NCBI GenBank assembly: GCA_050953105.1
Contig: JBMNMA010000007.1
Coordinates: 198,923 to 262,922 of the forward strand
Reading direction: 5' to 3'
Source: Eubacteriales bacterium
GTDB lineage: Bacteria; Bacillota; Clostridia; Oscillospirales; CAG-382
Length of the DNA: 64,000 bases
The position numbers and the translations under genes are program-made. Shown in pieces: positions 53,343-63,415 of this stretch (the first letter of the stretch is position 1; every line of letters starts with the position of its first letter). The notes below the pieces were generated by a model that saw nothing but the letters and a program-made list of their open reading frames with translations, made no database searches and was not told the origin of the DNA.

Positions 53343-55691
53343 TTAGTAAATCGCATAAATATATTTCATTGCAATTTTACCCAAAATGTTTTTCTTTAAA
53401 TAAATGCTCTTGGCAAGGGATAAAGCAAACTCTTTCATTTTTTGCTTTTCGGCATCGTTGACCACGTGCTGAGAAAACCTTGCCTTTTGCGCTATGGCGT
53501 AGATGTCTTTGTCGGGGATGCACCCACGGGTAAGGACGGTTATATACTTCCATATATTTATAACCGACTTGTTGTTGGAATTTTCCGCAAAACGCCTGTC
53601 CCGGACAGCCATCATAACATACCGTCTACCCACCACAGCCGCTAATGCCAGCACCACGCCGAGTATAATATAAAACGGGGTGGAGTTGTTATTATCAATG
53701 GGTATAACGATTATCGGTTCTTCCTCGGATGATTCGGGATTTGTGGTGTTGTCGGAAAATTCTTCTTCCGAAGATTCGCCGTGGGAAAATTCGGGTTTAG
53801 AATTATCGGGTTGTGATATATCGGGGTTTTCCGGGTTGTCGGCGTAGGTGACAAAGCCGGGGGTGACGTTGACGGGAATCCAACCCACACCGTCACAGTA
53901 AACCTCAACCCAGGCGTGGGCCTGACGGTCGGTTATAATTATGTAGCTGTTACGGTCCATTTTGTTACGGTCGGCATAAAAGCCCGAAACATAACGGGCG
54001 GGTATGCCCATACGGCGGTATATAAGGGTTGCCGCCGAAGCAAAGTGCATACAAAAGCCCTGGCGGGTGTTGTCGAGGAAGTTGGTCACAAAGTCGACAC
54101 CTTTGGGAAGCGGGGAAATGTCAAGGGTGTATTCGGCGTAGCTTTCAATAAACTTTTCAACCGCCTTAACCTTTTCGTCAAAGGTCATGGTTTCGTCAAT
54201 GCCTATTATGGCTATTTTTTCGTCGAGGGTGCCGGTTACCATGTATGGAACGTCAAGGAAATACTTATACACCAGTTCCCGGTATTCCTTTTCGTAGTCG
54301 GCCAGATTGTCGGGTAGAGTAAGGTCCGCATACTTGCCGGTATAAACGTAATAATCGATTATATATCCGTAGCTTTGGGATATTTTTTCCTTGGGGAACA
54401 GGTAATAGCCGTCATAGCGGATAAAATCGTCGTCCCCTAAAAGGTTAGGAGGTGTAAACACCAGCGGGTTTGTAAGGTCGTAGCAGTTTATGCTCGCCCA
54501 GAAGGCATCATAAGGCATATTAGAGTTTTTTATGGCCATGGCGGGGAACTCAAGTGCCGACATGTATTTCGGCAGTGAGTAACGCTCCATAAGCCGGTAG
54601 GCTGCTTCGGCAAATCCTTCGTCGGTGGGCAGCCAGTTTTGCCCCGTATAATTACCCGACGAAAAACCCCTTAGCAAAAAGTTTTTATTAAAGGTGGTGC
54701 GCACCTTTATAAGGGTTTTGTCGTTGAATTTTATATTGTGAAGGTTGGATAAGCTAATAGGGTTAAGATGGGCATCTGCGCCTATACGGGGGTCACCGGA
54801 GTTCTCGCTGACCTCGCTTCCTTCGCTGCTGCCGGGGATATAGCCCGAACCTTCGTCCTGACTGCCTTCGGATGTTCCGTTTTCCCCCTTTGAGGGAGTT
54901 TTGCTAATATCGTCATCACCGGGGTATTTGACTGTGGGGTCAAATTCCAGTATTTTCAAAAGATCCTTATGCAGGCTGTTTATGAAACCGTAGCGGGTGT
55001 AGCTTTTGCTGGGGTAAAACAGTATAACAAGGGTTAACAGCGCTGCCACCACCGGCGTCATTATAAGGATTACCTTTGCCGACTGAGTCTTGTTGGCTTT
55101 ACGCAAAAAGTCCACAAACAGCAAAATCGCCCAGAAGGTGGTTATCATTACAAAGGGTATCATGTCCGGCGTGGTGTTTACTATAAACATGCAGGACGCA
55201 AAAAAGGGAACTGATATAATAAACACCGGCAGCACCGATTTTGTCCTTGACAAAACCAGCGAAAATGCAAAAGCCAATAACACCGCAAGCATTATGACAA
55301 AAAGCATGGTTTGTCTTTCGTTAATACCTGAGCGCAACTGGGATAATGGGTAAAACGGGGTTAAGCCGTAGATAAACCGGGCATATCGGCCCAGGATCCA
55401 GCTTAAAAAGGTTTTTGCGCCGGTTATTAGCTCTTTGCGCTCTATAATGCCTATAACGGCAAAGGCACCGAACGCCGCAACTCCCACGCCAAGACGAATA
55501 AAAAAGCGGGAAATGGAAAACAGCAGCGTCCATGCCAGGGAGGCAAGCACACACACTAAAATAAGTATTAGATTGTTGACTTTTATGTCAAAAGCGGTGA
55601 TAACACAAAACAAAACCCCAACCACGGCAAAAATGGTAAGGCATAAGTCGGCAAAGAAACATAACAGGGTGCTTTTTTGTCTGCTTTGCAT
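53343..55691 (-). CDS. transglutaminase-like membrane protein (TgpA-type)
   Basis: Polytopic N-terminus. The catalytic core is 'QGFCMHFASAATLIYRRMGIPARYVSGF...QAHAWVEVY' (Cys-His). It also has acidic low-complexity stretches and a C-terminal TM segment. Confidence 0.8.
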   Translation of the reverse strand: MQSRQKSTLLCFFADLCLTIFAVVGVLFCVITAFDIKVNNLILILVCVLASLAWTLLFSISRFFIRLGVGVAAFGAFAVIGIIERKELITGAKTFLSWILGRYARFIYGLTPFYPLSQLRSGINERQTMLFVIMLAVLLAFAFSLVLSRTKSVLPVFIISVPFFASCMFIVNTTPDMIPFVMITTFWAILLFVDFLRKANKTQSAKVILIMTPVVAALLTLVILFYPSKSYTRYGFINSLHKDLLKILEFDPTVKYPGDDDISKTPSKGENGTSEGSQDEGSGYIPGSSEGSEVSENSGDPRIGADAHLNPISLSNLHNIKFNDKTLIKVRTTFNKNFLLRGFSSGNYTGQNWLPTDEGFAEAAYRLMERYSLPKYMSALEFPAMAIKNSNMPYDAFWASINCYDLTNPLVFTPPNLLGDDDFIRYDGYYLFPKEKISQSYGYIIDYYVYTGKYADLTLPDNLADYEKEYRELVYKYFLDVPYMVTGTLDEKIAIIGIDETMTFDEKVKAVEKFIESYAEYTLDISPLPKGVDFVTNFLDNTRQGFCMHFASAATLIYRRMGIPARYVSGFYADRNKMDRNSYIIITDRQAHAWVEVYCDGVGWIPVNVTPGFVTYADNPENPDISQPDNSKPEFSHGESSEEEFSDNTTNPESSEEEPIIVIPIDNNNSTPFYIILGVVLALAAVVGRRYVMMAVRDRRFAENSNNKSVINIWKYITVLTRGCIPDKDIYAIAQKARFSQHVVNDAEKQKMKEFALSLAKSIYLKKNILGKIAMKYIYAIY

Positions 55692-55709
55692 TATGTTCCT
55701 TCCTTTCGT

Positions 55710-56726
55710 TTACCTTTGGTTTTGGCCCTTTTCGTCCGGGTGGGTTTCCTCATAGGCGGGCAGGCTTATGTGATAACGCCACACAAACCCTTCGTAGGTG
55801 TTGCCCGACACCGATTGTCCGTTAAGCTGCACCCTTTGGGAAAAGAGGTTAATAAGCAGCGACACCAGCTCGATATGGCTGGTTATCTGGACAGTGCGCT
55901 CCCGTTTTTCGTTATTGTCATACCACTTAATATGGGGGTGAACTTGATATCCCAGCAGCCACAGCACACACCAGGACAATATGCTGAAGGTGCGGGCAAG
56001 TTCGGCAGGGGTGCCGAAAAGGTTAAAGGTGATAAGGGCTTTACCCCTTTCGGTAATAAGCGGTTCCCGTATCATTGTTTCGTCCCGTTTGGTTGTCAAC
56101 TTCCAATGGATAAGATTAATCGGGTCGCCGGGACGGTAGTTCCTAACGTCATAATCCTCGGCAAAGCCGCCGCCGGGCTTGGGCTTGGCGGTTATACCCA
56201 TTAGGTTGCCTATGGGAAGCTCGGGAACGGGGGAGGGAGCTTTGGGAATAGGGAATACGTTTATAAACAAAACGTTGTTGTTATTATATGAATGGTTGAA
56301 TAACCCAAAATAGTCATGGACTTTAAGCTTTGTCAGCTCGCATTTTATCCTGCCGCATTCGTCGGTTTTAATGGGGAAGGTAACCACCGAGGTCTGACAG
56401 CCGTAGATTTTAAGCTTCTTCTTTGCATTTTCCCTTCCAGTCATCTGGTTTATAAACTGAAAGGAAAAGGAAATGCAGCCGATAGGCAGCAGGGATTTTC
56501 CCTTGACGTGTATTTCCGCATGGGCTTCGTCCCCTATGTTTAACGACTCGGGCACCTCAAAGGTTATTGATATTGTGTCTTTTTTGGGCAGGGTGAGTAA
56601 CAGGGAAACAAGCGGCATGAGTATTGTTATGATAAACAAATACCATGCGATTGCTCCCTGATAAAATATATGGAAAACTATCATCCCCGCAAGGAGGACG
56701 CCATAGAAAATCCGTCTTACAAGCAT
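55710..56726 (-). CDS. DUF58 domain-containing protein
   Basis: 'EDYDVRNYRPGDPINLIHWKLTTK' is the DUF58 signature. There are two N-terminal TM helices. Confidence 0.8.
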   Translation of the reverse strand: MLVRRIFYGVLLAGMIVFHIFYQGAIAWYLFIITILMPLVSLLLTLPKKDTISITFEVPESLNIGDEAHAEIHVKGKSLLPIGCISFSFQFINQMTGRENAKKKLKIYGCQTSVVTFPIKTDECGRIKCELTKLKVHDYFGLFNHSYNNNNVLFINVFPIPKAPSPVPELPIGNLMGITAKPKPGGGFAEDYDVRNYRPGDPINLIHWKLTTKRDETMIREPLITERGKALITFNLFGTPAELARTFSILSWCVLWLLGYQVHPHIKWYDNNEKRERTVQITSHIELVSLLINLFSQRVQLNGQSVSGNTYEGFVWRYHISLPAYEETHPDEKGQNQR

Positions 56727-56738
56727 AACAGGCCACCG

Positions 56739-57668
56739 TCAGGCGATTTTGGGAACTGAAACGTTTTTAAGAATGGTGTTAAGCACCGGCTGTTTGTTAA
56801 CAATTCCTTTCTGAGCCTCCGGTGTGTAGACAAGGCGGTGTTCTATGGTGGAGTGGAAGACATATTGAACGTCCTCCGGCACCACATAGTCTCGTCCCGC
56901 ATACCATGCGGCGGCCTTTGCCATAGCGGTGAGGGCGATGGTTGCCCTGGGGGATGCACCCTGAATTATATAGTGGTTGTTCCGGGTGGCGTTTATAAGG
57001 TTGATTATGTAGCAGTATATATCATTGTCCACGTAGGTTTCATGGGCCTTTTTGCGCATTTCGATAAGCTGGTTTTTGTTTATAACCCCTTTTATGTCAG
57101 AAAGCAGATTGCCGCTTTGCTTGCGCTTTAAAAGCTCAAATTCCTGTATAGGGTCGGGGTAGCCAATGGAAAGGCGAACCATGAACCGGTCTATCTGGGA
57201 ATCGGGCAATAGCTGGGTACCCGACGCACCGAAGGGGTTCTGGGTGGCTATGACTATAAAAGGCTGGGGTGTGGGGTGGGTAATGCCGTCAACGGTTACC
57301 TGATTTTCCTCCATGGCCTCAAGCAGCGCCGACTGGGTGCGGCTGGTGGCCCGGTTAAGCTCGTCGGCAAGGAAAAGGTTGCAAAGCACCGCCCCTTTCT
57401 GATATTCCATCTGCCCGGTGTTTTTGTTGTAAATGGAATACCCCACAATGTCGGAAGGCAAAACGTCGGGTGTAAACTGAATTCTGCCGTAATCAAGGCT
57501 CATGGCCTTTGAAAAGGCAAGGGCAAGGGTGGTTTTTCCCACACCGGGTATATCCTCAATCAGGATATGCCCTCCGGCAAGAATGGCCAGCATTACCTTG
57601 TTGATAAGTTCATCTTTTCCGACAAAGGCCTTCTTTACTTCTTCAATAACGTCCTGCGCTTTGCTCAT
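56739..57668 (-). CDS. MoxR family AAA+ ATPase
   Basis: Walker A 'IPGVGKTTLA', Walker B 'LFLADELNRA' and 'VIATQNP'. Confidence 0.9.
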   Translation of the reverse strand: MSKAQDVIEEVKKAFVGKDELINKVMLAILAGGHILIEDIPGVGKTTLALAFSKAMSLDYGRIQFTPDVLPSDIVGYSIYNKNTGQMEYQKGAVLCNLFLADELNRATSRTQSALLEAMEENQVTVDGITHPTPQPFIVIATQNPFGASGTQLLPDSQIDRFMVRLSIGYPDPIQEFELLKRKQSGNLLSDIKGVINKNQLIEMRKKAHETYVDNDIYCYIINLINATRNNHYIIQGASPRATIALTAMAKAAAWYAGRDYVVPEDVQYVFHSTIEHRLVYTPEAQKGIVNKQPVLNTILKNVSVPKIA

Positions 57669-57743
57669 GAAGCAGTCTCCTTATGTAATTTTTTGATTTG
57701 AGGCGATAAATAATCGCGCCGTGGCAATTAAAATCGAATAAGG

Positions 57744-58166
57744 TTATATTTCTTTTTTCATGCGGAATTTGTCGTCTGTCAGGTCGCAGACATAAACAAA
57801 CCCCTGCCGTTCATACAGCCGCTTTGCTGAAGGGTTGTTATTATGAACATTAAGGGTTATGGTGTGAATGTCTTTACCATTTAAAAAATTATAGGCATAC
57901 TCAAGCATTCTTTTTCCTATGCCGTTATTTCGTAAATCAGATCTAACATTAAAATAGGAAAAATGCCCGTGTCTGCCATTTTCCCCTTCTCTTATGGAAA
58001 CGGTAAAACCCCCTACATATTCACCGTCCTGGCAATATACAAAGGCCTGCCGTTCACCCGTTTGAATAAGCCGGGCAAGCTTTGAATCAGGGGAGGTATC
58101 ATCCCAAAAGGACGAGCATTTATTAAGTTCGTCAAGGGTTATCGGGTGAATTTTGAATTTTTCCAT
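57744..58166 (-). CDS. GNAT family N-acetyltransferase
   Basis: 'VRSDLRNNGIGKRMLEYA' acetyl-CoA motif. I placed the start at ATG 58166 ('MEKFKIHPI'). Confidence 0.75.
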   Translation of the reverse strand: MEKFKIHPITLDELNKCSSFWDDTSPDSKLARLIQTGERQAFVYCQDGEYVGGFTVSIREGENGRHGHFSYFNVRSDLRNNGIGKRMLEYAYNFLNGKDIHTITLNVHNNNPSAKRLYERQGFVYVCDLTDDKFRMKKEI

Positions 58167-58206
58167 AATAAATAATACGCCTTTCGGCGACATAAGGTTT
58201 CAGATT

Positions 58207-58224
58207 ATAAGTATCAATACTTAT
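58207..58224. promoter_or_regulatory. perfect 18-bp palindrome (candidate operator) between the divergent GNAT and nadE genes
   Basis: 'ATAAGTAT-ca-ATACTTAT'. Confidence 0.3.
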
Positions 58225-58339
58225 TCCTTTACATAGCAAAAAGAAGAACAAATGTATATACATTATATCATAATATTTCATATTTTCAATACCGAGTGCC
58301 ATATTTTCAGTTTAAATTGTAATATTTTAAATCCCTTTA

Positions 58340-58367
58340 TTGACAGACTGTAAATTAAGGCTATAAT
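58340..58367 (+). promoter_or_regulatory. sigma-A type promoter of nadE
   Basis: TTGACA (58340-58345), 16 nt, TATAAT (58362-58367). Confidence 0.7.
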
Positions 58368-58403
58368 ATTTAGGTGTAAGTTAAACCGAAAGGACTGGTT
58401 TCT

Positions 58404-60311
58404 ATTAAACACGGTTTCGTCAAAGTTGCCGCAGCGGCAATCAAAACAGTCCCCTGCGACGTCAGTGGAAACACACAAAGAATAATTGACAAATATAAAT
58501 ATCTTGCTTCCATAGGAGTTAAGCTTGCCGCTTTTTCCGAACTGTCGGTTACCGGCTATACCTGCGGGGATTTTTTCCGGCATAATGCCCTATTAACCCA
58601 GGCAGAGGAGGCAGTAGGGGAAATTTGCCGCATTTCGGCGGACTTTGAATGTGTTGCCGTTGTGGGCTGCCTGTTGGCATTAAGGGGAAAGCTTTACAAC
58701 ACCGCCGTGGTAATATACAAAGGCGGAATACTAGGTATAATCCCCAAAACCTTTCTTCCCGAATATAACGAGTTTGACGAAACAAGATGGTTTGCCGTCC
58801 CCCCGGCGGAAAATGTGGAAATAGAATTTGCGGGCAAAACCACCCTTTTCGGCACAAATATAATATTTACCTGCAAAAATCCGCGTGATTTTACCTTTGC
58901 CGTCGAAATTTGCGAGGACGTTACCGTCCCCCTTCCCCCGTCCATAAGCCATTCACTGCATGGAGCCAACATAATAATAAACCCCGCCGCATCCAGCGAG
59001 GTTGCCGCCAAAAGCGAAACCCGGCGGCGTCTGCTGGGCAGCCATTCAAGCCGCACCTACACAGGCTATATCTATGCCTGCACCGGTCAGGGTGAATCCT
59101 CCTCCGCCTGCGTTTTTTCGGGGCATTCCATGATATTCGAGGGTGGGGTAATGCTTGCCGAATCAAAGCCCTTTGAATACAAGGACATTATAACCGAAAT
59201 CGACTGCGAAAGACTGACTTCCCAGAGAAGGTCATATAATACCTATATTAACTCCTTCGGCGGTTATAATATAGTTCCCTTTACAATGACCGCAGCCGAA
59301 ACTAACCTTACCCGCCTTATATCCCCCTATCCCTTTATTCCAACCGTCAACCGGGATGAAAGGTGGAGGGAAATTATAAATCTCCAGTCCTACGGACTTA
59401 AAAAACGCCTTGAGGTTACAAAGTCAAAACCCGTGCTTAACGTGTCCGGCGGCCTTGACTCCACCTTGGCCTTTATCGTCTGCCTTGAAGCCATGAAGCT
59501 TATGGGTAAACAGCCGTCGGACATTATCTGTATTTCCTCCCCGGGGCTTGGCACCACCAGCCGCACCAAAAACAACGCCGAAACTGTGGTAAAGGGTATG
59601 GGTGCGGATTATAGAGTAATAGATATAAAAGATGCTGTTTTAAGACATCTTACCGATATAGGCCATAATCCCGAAAACAAGGACACCACCTTTGAAAACG
59701 CCCAGGCCAGAGAGCGCACCCAGATTGCCATGGACGTGGCAAACATGGAAGGCGGCATCATGGTGGGAACAGGTGATATGTCCGAGCTGGCGCTGGGTTT
59801 TTCCACCTACAACGGCGACCATATGTCAATGTATTCGGTTAACGCCGGGGTTCCCAAGTCGATAATCAAGCATATTATCCGCTATTATGCCGACAATTTC
59901 ACCTCCGGTGATGTTAAAGAGGCGTTATACGACATTTGCGAAACCCCCGTTTCCCCCGAGCTGTTACCGCCTAAAGAAGGGGAAATTCACCAAAAAACCG
60001 AGGATATTATCGGCCCCTACGCCGTTCACGACTTTATACTGTTCTATACTCTCAAATACGGCTTTTCACCCGAAAAGGTGTTCAGGCTGCTCGGCTATGC
60101 CTTTAAAGATATTTATCCCGCCGAGGTTTTGAAAAACACCTTCGCCACCTTTTACAGAAGATTTATCCCCGCCCAGTTCAAGCGTTCCTGCGGTGCCGAT
60201 TCCCCTAAAATCGGCAGCATTTCGGTAACCCCCCAAAACGGCTGGAAGGTACCCTCCGACGTAAGCCTTGCCATTTGGGAACAGCAGGTCAAAGATATTA
60301 TTAACGCATAA
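58404..60311 (+). CDS. nadE: glutamine-dependent NAD(+) synthetase (CN-hydrolase + PP-loop synthetase), apparent ATT start
   Basis: The frame is open from 58380, after TAA 58377-58379. 'IKHGFVKVAAAAIKTVPCDV...FSELSVTGYTCGDFF' is the conserved N-terminus with the catalytic Glu. PP-loop 'NVSGGLDSTLA'. The first ATG/GTG/TTG in frame is GTG 58662. An AAAGGA RBS lies 9 nt before ATT 58404. Confidence 0.8.
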   Translation: MKHGFVKVAAAAIKTVPCDVSGNTQRIIDKYKYLASIGVKLAAFSELSVTGYTCGDFFRHNALLTQAEEAVGEICRISADFECVAVVGCLLALRGKLYNTAVVIYKGGILGIIPKTFLPEYNEFDETRWFAVPPAENVEIEFAGKTTLFGTNIIFTCKNPRDFTFAVEICEDVTVPLPPSISHSLHGANIIINPAASSEVAAKSETRRRLLGSHSSRTYTGYIYACTGQGESSSACVFSGHSMIFEGGVMLAESKPFEYKDIITEIDCERLTSQRRSYNTYINSFGGYNIVPFTMTAAETNLTRLISPYPFIPTVNRDERWREIINLQSYGLKKRLEVTKSKPVLNVSGGLDSTLAFIVCLEAMKLMGKQPSDIICISSPGLGTTSRTKNNAETVVKGMGADYRVIDIKDAVLRHLTDIGHNPENKDTTFENAQARERTQIAMDVANMEGGIMVGTGDMSELALGFSTYNGDHMSMYSVNAGVPKSIIKHIIRYYADNFTSGDVKEALYDICETPVSPELLPPKEGEIHQKTEDIIGPYAVHDFILFYTLKYGFSPEKVFRLLGYAFKDIYPAEVLKNTFATFYRRFIPAQFKRSCGADSPKIGSISVTPQNGWKVPSDVSLAIWEQQVKDIINA

Positions 60312-60347
60312 AAGCCCCCTTATGAACCACCCCCGGAGGTATTGGGA

Positions 60348-62009
60348 ATGAATTTATTTGCAAAATCCAAAAAGCTTGTGGCAATTATCCTTTCACTGTC
60401 TGCGGTGCTTGCCGTGCTGTGTATCCCTCCCGTTAACGCTTATGCCTATGACCAGGCAAAAACCCCCGCACAAGGGGATATAGCGGCTATATATATCTAT
60501 ACCGACAGCCATATCGGCCGGGAAGAATATGTAGGCTGCACCATTGTGGCGGTGGACAAAGCCGGCGGCGAGTATTCCACCATAACCGACGAGCTTGCCA
60601 CCATTAAGGTGAGGGGAAATTCCACCTCCTCCGGACCGAAAAAGCCTTATAACTTCAAGTTTGACAAAAAAACCAACCTTTTCGGCATGGGTAAGGCCAA
60701 AAAGTGGAGCCTTATCGCCAACCTTTACGATAAAACCCTTATGCGAAACAAGCTGGTTTACGACTTTGCCAGAGCCATCGGCATGGAATATGTGGTTGAC
60801 TGCATGTATGTTGACGTTTACCTAAACGGCAATTATGTGGGCAACTACCTGCTTACCGAGGCGGTGGAGATAGGGGAAACAAGGGTTGATATAAACGAGG
60901 AGCAAAACGACGTCCTCCTTGAACTTGAACCCTACGAGGGTTATTCCAACCCTATATGCTTCAGAACTCCCCATTACGGCATACTTCTCGGCTATAACGA
61001 TCCCGACGATCCCACGCCGGAGATGATGAGCTTTGTCGAAAACTTTTTTGACAGTGCCGAATCCGCCCTTTCCACCAAAAACAAAGCCAACATTGAAAAA
61101 TATTTTAATATCCAGTCCTTTATAGATAATTACATAGTCCAGGAATACTTTAAAAACGTAGACTTTAACACCAGCTCCACCCGTTACTATATTAAAAACG
61201 GAGTGCTGTATGCCGGCCCGGTATGGGACTTCGACCTGTCATCCGGCAACTGCTCCTCTACATATTATGTCGCCTACAACAACGTGGGGGGATCGGGTAA
61301 ATCCTATGAGAGTATCTACTGCAACTACCAGTGGTATAAGGTTTTGCTTAACTGCTCCTGGTTTACCCAGATGCTTTACGACAGATACCTTGAACTTCAG
61401 GACAAAATAATAAACCTCTACACCGACAACGTTTTAGGGACAAATCAGATAGATTATTTAATTTCCCAAAACAAAAACTCATTTGAACGCAATTTTTCCG
61501 AAGCCGGCTGGGACATCGGAACGCCCTATTCCATACTCGAACGCCTTCCCGACCCCACCTATAAAGAAAACGTAGAATACCTGAGAAACTGGCTTTACAA
61601 CCGCAATATCTGGCTTATAAACCGTTTTATCATAGCAAGCGGCAGCAATTATAAAATAGACGGAATGTATATTAAAAACGTGGGCGGATATACCTATACC
61701 ACCGAGTTTCTGTCCTACATCAAATCCTCTGTTACCGTTTTAAGGAACAGCGAACCGATGTCAGACGACTTTATATGCACCGGGGACGTGGTCAAGACAA
61801 CCGGCCCCTCCTATGAAGTGGTGGTTACCGGCGACATCAACGGCGACGGCAGAATAGGGGTTGTGGACTATATGGCAATCCGCCTTGACATGCTTGGCAC
61901 CGTTAAGCTTGACGGTGCGTATAAAGCCGCCGCGGATATTGACGGAAACGGTTCTGTTTCGGTAAGCGACTACGTAGCATTAAGAATGAAATTATTGGGT
62001 ATACAATAA
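60348..62009 (+). CDS. secreted CotH-family (atypical kinase fold) protein with a C-terminal type-I-like dockerin
   Basis: Signal peptide. 'IKVRGNSTSSGPKKPYNFKFDKK...KKWSLIANLYDKTLMRNKLVYDFARAIG' is CotH-like. The C-terminus carries 'GDINGDGRIGVVDYMAIRLDMLG' and 'ADIDGNGSVSVSDYVALRMKLLG'. Confidence 0.75.
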   Translation: MNLFAKSKKLVAIILSLSAVLAVLCIPPVNAYAYDQAKTPAQGDIAAIYIYTDSHIGREEYVGCTIVAVDKAGGEYSTITDELATIKVRGNSTSSGPKKPYNFKFDKKTNLFGMGKAKKWSLIANLYDKTLMRNKLVYDFARAIGMEYVVDCMYVDVYLNGNYVGNYLLTEAVEIGETRVDINEEQNDVLLELEPYEGYSNPICFRTPHYGILLGYNDPDDPTPEMMSFVENFFDSAESALSTKNKANIEKYFNIQSFIDNYIVQEYFKNVDFNTSSTRYYIKNGVLYAGPVWDFDLSSGNCSSTYYVAYNNVGGSGKSYESIYCNYQWYKVLLNCSWFTQMLYDRYLELQDKIINLYTDNVLGTNQIDYLISQNKNSFERNFSEAGWDIGTPYSILERLPDPTYKENVEYLRNWLYNRNIWLINRFIIASGSNYKIDGMYIKNVGGYTYTTEFLSYIKSSVTVLRNSEPMSDDFICTGDVVKTTGPSYEVVVTGDINGDGRIGVVDYMAIRLDMLGTVKLDGAYKAAADIDGNGSVSVSDYVALRMKLLGIQ

Positions 62010-62028
62010 ACTGACAGGAGGACGAATT

Positions 62029-63414
62029 TTGTTACAGGATATCATTTCAAAACACAAAAGCCATTTTACTCCGGGCGGACATACCGAACTTCGTGCCCAG
62101 ATTAACAAAAACAAAAGCGTAACCTTTGTTGCCGGCAACCTCACCGCCAATACACAAAGCGAAAACTCCGGGGTTTCCTCCCGGGTGTATAAAAACGGGG
62201 TTTACGGCTTTTCCTCCGGAGCGTCCTGTGATGACGACACCGTAAAGCGGGTGTTGAAGGCCGCCGCCGACAATGCCGACTTTATGGATAAAAACGTGGG
62301 CAAAAACAAGGGAATGTTTGATCCCATACCCTATGGCCACTTTTCCGACGGGGTTGAAATAACCGACACCCCCCAAAAGGTTTACATTGAATTTGCCAGA
62401 CAGCTCGACAGCTATGTGTCTGAAAAATACCCCAACCTGTCAAGCCGTATTATTGCTATCCGTGAAGACAGCGTGGAAAAGGTTCTGGCCACCTCCGACG
62501 GCTATGACGCCCATTTCACCCTCCCCCGCAGCTATGTTTATGTTTTTCTAAGCGCCGCTACCGATTCCGGCATCAATGTAGAGCTGTTTTATCCCATAGG
62601 GGGTTACGGCACTTTTAGCCAAAACTTTGACGACCCCGCAAAACTTTATCCCAAAATAGACGATTTATATAATAAGCTTATGCAAAAGCGTGAGGGCGTT
62701 TATGCCGACGCCGGCGTTAAAACAGTTATTTTAGGCGGCGACCTTTCGGGCATGCTTGCCCATGAGGCGGTGGGCCACACCGTTGAGGCGGATTTAGTGC
62801 TTGGCGGTTCGGTGGCAAAGCATAACTTAAATAAGCAGGTTGCCTCTGAGCTTGTGTCCCTTGTGGACTTTGCCAACACCTTTGACGGCAAAATGGCGCC
62901 TTTGCCCGTTTATGTTGACGACGAAGGCACCCCCGCCACCGATGCGGTGCTTATTGACAAGGGTATTCTGGTTGGCTACATGAACAGCCGTGAAACCGCC
63001 CGACATTTCGGCATGGTTCCCACCGGCAACGCCAGAGCCTTCTCCTTCTCTGACGAACCTTTAATAAGAATGAGAAACACCGCCGTCCTGCCCGGCAAGG
63101 ATAAGCTTGAGGACATGATAGCCTCGGTGGACGACGGCTACTACCTTATAAACACCAACAACGGCCAGGCCGACACCACCGGCGAATTTATGTTCGGCAT
63201 AACCATGGGTTATGAAATCAAAAACGGCAAGCTGGGCAGGGCAATTCTTGACACCACCATATCCGGGGTAGCCTTTGAAATGCTTAAAACCGTGGATATG
63301 GTGTCCGATACCATGACCTGGTCGTCGGCAGGCTACTGTGGCAAAAAGCAGCCTATGCCCGTGGGTATGGGCGGCCCCGCCTTAAGATGCAAAGTAATGA
63401 TAGGAGGCAAATAA
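62029..63414 (+). CDS. tldD: TldD family metalloprotease
   Basis: 461 aa with 'LAHEAVGHTVEAD' (HExxxH). TTG start follows a GGAGGA RBS. Confidence 0.85.
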   Translation: MLQDIISKHKSHFTPGGHTELRAQINKNKSVTFVAGNLTANTQSENSGVSSRVYKNGVYGFSSGASCDDDTVKRVLKAAADNADFMDKNVGKNKGMFDPIPYGHFSDGVEITDTPQKVYIEFARQLDSYVSEKYPNLSSRIIAIREDSVEKVLATSDGYDAHFTLPRSYVYVFLSAATDSGINVELFYPIGGYGTFSQNFDDPAKLYPKIDDLYNKLMQKREGVYADAGVKTVILGGDLSGMLAHEAVGHTVEADLVLGGSVAKHNLNKQVASELVSLVDFANTFDGKMAPLPVYVDDEGTPATDAVLIDKGILVGYMNSRETARHFGMVPTGNARAFSFSDEPLIRMRNTAVLPGKDKLEDMIASVDDGYYLINTNNGQADTTGEFMFGITMGYEIKNGKLGRAILDTTISGVAFEMLKTVDMVSDTMTWSSAGYCGKKQPMPVGMGGPALRCKVMIGGK

Positions 63415-63415
63415 T

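Noticed and set aside
55677-56204. 175-aa plus-strand ORF
   Set aside because: It is antisense to the DUF58 gene and to the transglutaminase start region. It is a shadow ORF.
58662-58664. GTG 58662 as the nadE start (ORF-track call)
   Set aside because: It would remove 86 conserved in-frame residues of the CN-hydrolase domain, including the catalytic Glu segment. See the finding on the ATT start.
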